DNA of 36,839 nucleotides, taken from positions 1-36,839 of IMG/VR virus record IMGVR_UViG_3300017778_001834; one strand, given 5' to 3'. Numbering within the stretch: position 1 is the stretch's first letter; the number at the start of each line of letters is the position of its first letter. Of the stretch, positions 33,321 to 36,839 are shown piece after piece. The position numbers were made by a program, and so were the translations under genes. The stretch is from a virus. Lineage: Duplodnaviria > Caudoviricetes. Below the pieces are notes generated by a model, which saw only the letters and a program-made list of their open reading frames with translations, did not search any database and had not been told where the DNA came from.

Positions 33321-34100
33321 TCACCGCGTATTGGCGTTCAGGAGCATCCCAAACGCATCAACGTCCAACGAACGCGCGTTGGCAGAGGTCGGGATGATGT
33401 GGAAACCTGGCAGGAGCGCGGTCGTGTTGATCGGCATATTGCCCGTCACTTCAATCTCAGTCCCGCCATTGACGGAGAAGCCCAACACAATCTCACTCAC
33501 GCGGCGCAGTTTGAGATTGACCCAAGCGTCAGCCGCAGCGGCCACGCCCGTATCAGTCCGTGTCTCGACGCTGGATACGCGTCCAACGCCAAACCAGTTC
33601 GTATCCGCAGACAGTTTCTCAAAATACGCGCCGTTGGCCGCAGTCGCAGACGTGAAATCGCTAGACAGCCCAATGCGGATGTCCATGCTTGCAATCGTCG
33701 TCGGCACACGAACAATCCAACTGATTTCATCTAGCTGCTCGAAATTCATATTGGGGGTTGCACCGCCACCACCGGGATAGGACGATGCAACGGTCGCCGA
33801 TACAGCCGTTGATGTCCGACGACAGATGCCGGGGTGATTGGTCACGGCATTAATGAGGTTCCACGTTCCGCTAGTGAAACCCCACCCAAGCTCACCAATC
33901 TCGCCCGATTCCGTCGAGGCGAACAGGAACTCATCGAAGAACGCCGGAGCGATTGACAGGTCAGCGATGCCACCATCGCCAGCAATGTAGCGAGCCGCAG
34001 CCCGTCGCACGACTTCGTTGAACGGAAGCCCAGACACGTCACCACCGATATACATTGCAGCCGCCTGATAAAGGATTTCGTTAAGGGTTTGGTCAGTCAT
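33321..34100 (-). CDS. Putative structural protein with a beta-sandwich domain
   Basis: 259 aa; beta-rich C-terminus; TAATG-coupled to the portal. Confidence 0.6.
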   Translation of the reverse strand: MTDQTLNEILYQAAAMYIGGDVSGLPFNEVVRRAAARYIAGDGGIADLSIAPAFFDEFLFASTESGEIGELGWGFTSGTWNLINAVTNHPGICRRTSTAVSATVASSYPGGGGATPNMNFEQLDEISWIVRVPTTIASMDIRIGLSSDFTSATAANGAYFEKLSADTNWFGVGRVSSVETRTDTGVAAAADAWVNLKLRRVSEIVLGFSVNGGTEIEVTGNMPINTTALLPGFHIIPTSANARSLDVDAFGMLLNANTR

Positions 34101-36184
34101 TACGCAAATCCTTGGGGAGTTGGGTCACGGGATAGGGCCGCAGCCTTCACCTGAAGTTCTTGGCCTTTGAGGTTAAGTTCAGCCATGCCAAGCTGGCCTT
34201 CCATTTGCGTCCGCTGCTGCTCGATCTGAGCCTGCATTTGGGCCGTCTGTGACTTGAGTTGCTCGACTTGCATTGCGCTCTCATCGGGCGGCGGCGGTCC
34301 TGGTGGCTGGACAGGCGGTGCGGCCTCGGCCTGCTCAAACACCTTGTCTATAACGTCTTCCATCGACCGGCTGACATTGAACGTGCGAGCGCCTTGCTTG
34401 AGGATTTCCGCAAACAGCGGGGCCGTGTATGGCGCAGTCGGCACAATGCCAGCCGCAGCCGTCATCAAGCCAACCACAGCGCCCGTGAACTCGGTAAAGG
34501 CCATCTTGGCCGCGTTCTCATCCGGCTCGACCGTCGAATCAGTCTCAACGTCAATGCGGAACGAACGCAGCGCATCGTTGCGGAGAAGCGCCTGCACCTC
34601 ATCCCACGTCGGCTGGGCCATCAGTTCCAACATGGCCGGATCGGGAGCCATGCCGGGTGGAATGGGCATCCCCGCTTGCTCAGCCTGCTGGATCAGCGGC
34701 ATGATTTGTTCAATCTGCTGCTTTTCAGCCGCCGTAAGCAACTTCACGTTCGTCATAGCCTTCAGCGTGTCAATGCTGAAATGCTCCGCGATAATCTCAG
34801 CCTTGAGCCGGATGGCGTCACGGCAGAACCGCTGCAAATCGCGTTGCCGGTCACGAACACGCAGAGAACCCCACTGGCCTTTCAGCCGTTGAGCCGTTGC
34901 CGTCTCGTTGGGATTGCTCTCACCCCGAATGATGTCTGACAGGCCGGTAATCTGGTAAATGTCGTTCAGGACTTGCGAGCGGGCCTCGTAACAGCCCTTC
35001 AGCACCTGAATGACCATATCAACCGGAACCCACTCGATAAGGCCGCGAACGCCGCCCTTCTCTTTCCACAGGTCAAACGTGTCGATAGGGATTAGCTTGT
35101 TCTCGTTACCCGGCGAGAACACCAGTTGCAGTTCGCGGTTCGCCTCACCGGCATACACACCGACCATCCGCAGCGCGTCTTGCAGCTTGCCAATGCGGGC
35201 CGTCAGTTCGTCCAGTTCGTCGGCTTGGTCCTGATACTGGACGTAATCCGCAACCGGGATCGTGCTGTCATTGGCCGTCGTGGCATTAAGCGGAGGTGGG
35301 CACGGGAAGAAGTTGGTAAGCCCTAGCGGGTCTTCACGCTTGTCCAGCACACCGCCCGTGTAGCCCTTGCAGACCCAGTAGGCCATCTTCGTGGGCTTGT
35401 CCCAAATCTCATAGACCTCGCCCGTTTGGCTGGACTGCTTCTGGGCATCCGATGCCGTGTCCGTGCCGGTCGAGGTCGTCGTGATCGGGACGTTCTTGGC
35501 CATCTCAGCGCCAAAGCGTTCCGTCAGTTCAGCCCTTGTCATGTAGACGCGCCGCCCGACCCACCGGACTTCCGCCCATTCACGCGCCGGGTTAGTCAGC
35601 CAATCTTTCCATGAAACGTGGTCGCACTGGACTTCCTCGTAAACGACTTCCTCTGTCGCTTCCGGTGTCTCGACCTCGCCAACCTCGTTCTGGTCGTCGT
35701 CTTGAACGCCTTCGCCCAGTTCGTAATCCTGTTCCGCGTTCACCTCGCGCATATGCGGGATGTAGCGCACCCACACCTGGCCACGGCCCGGCAGCAGATA
35801 ATCCAGAACGCATAGCTTCACGCGTCCGTCAAAATCATACTGGTCGAGGCTAAACCCTAGCGCCCGCTCCAGCACGTCAGACGCAATCTTGCCGACTGGG
35901 TCTTCGTCACGATAACGGCGATCCACCATCGGCTTAGGCTGCTTGGCATAGATGGCAGGCTGAAGGGTCGAGACGTTAGACCACAGGATAGCAAAGCGGC
36001 GACGTTCATAGCCTACAGACGGACGGCCACCACCACGAGCGCGGTTCTCGTTCTTGAACCGCCTGACGATGATGTCGCCAGCCTTCCACCACGGCTGCAA
36101 CTCGCGCTCAGACAGATTGATTTCCTCAATCCATTTGGTAACGAGGTCGATGCCGTCTTGATTTTCAGGTTCGTCGGGAAGCAT
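34100..36184 (-). CDS. Portal protein
   Basis: About 694 aa after terL; ILWSNV...FFPCP...ITGLSDIIRG..ETATAQ; Gln-rich C-terminal barrel. Confidence 0.85.
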   Translation of the reverse strand: MLPDEPENQDGIDLVTKWIEEINLSERELQPWWKAGDIIVRRFKNENRARGGGRPSVGYERRRFAILWSNVSTLQPAIYAKQPKPMVDRRYRDEDPVGKIASDVLERALGFSLDQYDFDGRVKLCVLDYLLPGRGQVWVRYIPHMREVNAEQDYELGEGVQDDDQNEVGEVETPEATEEVVYEEVQCDHVSWKDWLTNPAREWAEVRWVGRRVYMTRAELTERFGAEMAKNVPITTTSTGTDTASDAQKQSSQTGEVYEIWDKPTKMAYWVCKGYTGGVLDKREDPLGLTNFFPCPPPLNATTANDSTIPVADYVQYQDQADELDELTARIGKLQDALRMVGVYAGEANRELQLVFSPGNENKLIPIDTFDLWKEKGGVRGLIEWVPVDMVIQVLKGCYEARSQVLNDIYQITGLSDIIRGESNPNETATAQRLKGQWGSLRVRDRQRDLQRFCRDAIRLKAEIIAEHFSIDTLKAMTNVKLLTAAEKQQIEQIMPLIQQAEQAGMPIPPGMAPDPAMLELMAQPTWDEVQALLRNDALRSFRIDVETDSTVEPDENAAKMAFTEFTGAVVGLMTAAAGIVPTAPYTAPLFAEILKQGARTFNVSRSMEDVIDKVFEQAEAAPPVQPPGPPPPDESAMQVEQLKSQTAQMQAQIEQQRTQMEGQLGMAELNLKGQELQVKAAALSRDPTPQGFA

Positions 36185-36244
36185 AGCCCCTCGCAAGCGT
36201 TCAGGGGAACATATCGTGCGCGGGTCCGCTTGTCGATAGAACGA

Positions 36245-36839
36245 TCATGCGCGTTCGTAACCCGTATGCACCGGCTGGTTAGCTAACAGGTCATCCCAAG
36301 TCATATCACGGATGCCCTTGATCGGCGCAGCAACCGCTTTGGCTTCCGGCTTAATCTCACGATAGGCCATCGCTAGGTATCGAAACGCGTCCGCAGCGTG
36401 GCTAGTCCAATCGTGCTTTGGCCCATCACGGAACACACGGGCCTTGTCGTCATAGTCCGCACGATACTGGCGCAGGCACTCAAGCCCGGCCTTGCACTTG
36501 TCACGGTCAAACCAGATGCGCGGGAACAACACCCGGCCTGCGTTGATGCCGTCCAGAACCTTGTGATTGGGAACCAACTTAGGCTTAAGCTTGAGCGTCA
36601 GCATCGTCTCGATCCTGGTGCGGCCCGTGCCTAGCTCCCTGACCCGCGCGTCATGCGGCACCCAGTCCGTTTCGTAACGGTAAGGCTTAGCCTGCAAGAC
36701 CTTGGCATAATGCTCAATGCTTTCGCCGCTGGCCTCATAGAAGTCTATCACCCGTATCTCAGGCCCGACCGCCTGCCAGAACCAAATGGCCGTGCTGTCG
36801 CCTATGCCCAAGTCCCATGTGGTGTAAACCGGCAGCGCA
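36245..36839 (-). CDS. terL: Terminase large subunit, C-terminal nuclease part
   Basis: WDLGIGDSTAIW...PHDA...PKHDWTSHAADAFRY RNase H-like terminase motifs. Confidence 0.92.
   Translation of the reverse strand, partial: ALPVYTTWDLGIGDSTAIWFWQAVGPEIRVIDFYEASGESIEHYAKVLQAKPYRYETDWVPHDARVRELGTGRTRIETMLTLKLKPKLVPNHKVLDGINAGRVLFPRIWFDRDKCKAGLECLRQYRADYDDKARVFRDGPKHDWTSHAADAFRYLAMAYREIKPEAKAVAAPIKGIRDMTWDDLLANQPVHTGYERA
36724..36839. repeat. 116-bp direct terminal repeat (copy 2)
   Basis: Identical to 1..116. Confidence 0.95.

Noticed and set aside
15037-36000. Many long plus-strand ORFs in the late region (e.g. 16869-17960, 30836-31984) and minus-strand 4720-5406 as listed
   Set aside because: They are antisense shadows of GC-rich coding genes with no SD or recognisable motifs; the real gene at 4720 starts at 5040.

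Overview
The window appears to be a complete, circularly assembled dsDNA phage genome of about 36,723 bp. The first 116 bp are repeated exactly at the end, and the terminase large subunit reads through the junction. Gene order is podovirus-like (P22/lambdoid style): terS, terL, portal, scaffold, capsid, adaptor/nozzle, ejection proteins, tail fibre/spike, lysis. An ERF/SSB recombination arm and a rightward arm (C5 MTase, HNH, DnaA-C, PAPS-reductase-like, DUF1376 initiator) diverge from back-to-back promoters. I see no integrase, CI repressor, tRNA or CRISPR array. An alphaproteobacterial (possibly Caulobacteraceae) host is an inference only. The most notable items are: (1) a glycosyltransferase-Maf/DUF115 fusion plus an FkbM methyltransferase inside the head operon, a candidate virion-glycosylation system; (2) a C5 methyltransferase whose motif-IX part lies in an overlapping frame with its own strong Shine-Dalgarno; (3) an HNH-AP2 endonuclease insertion that left a recoded duplicate of its neighbour's C-terminus; (4) several highly structured intergenic RNAs; (5) a tailspike with nested domain insertions. 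All family calls come from recognising motifs by eye; no database searches were run.
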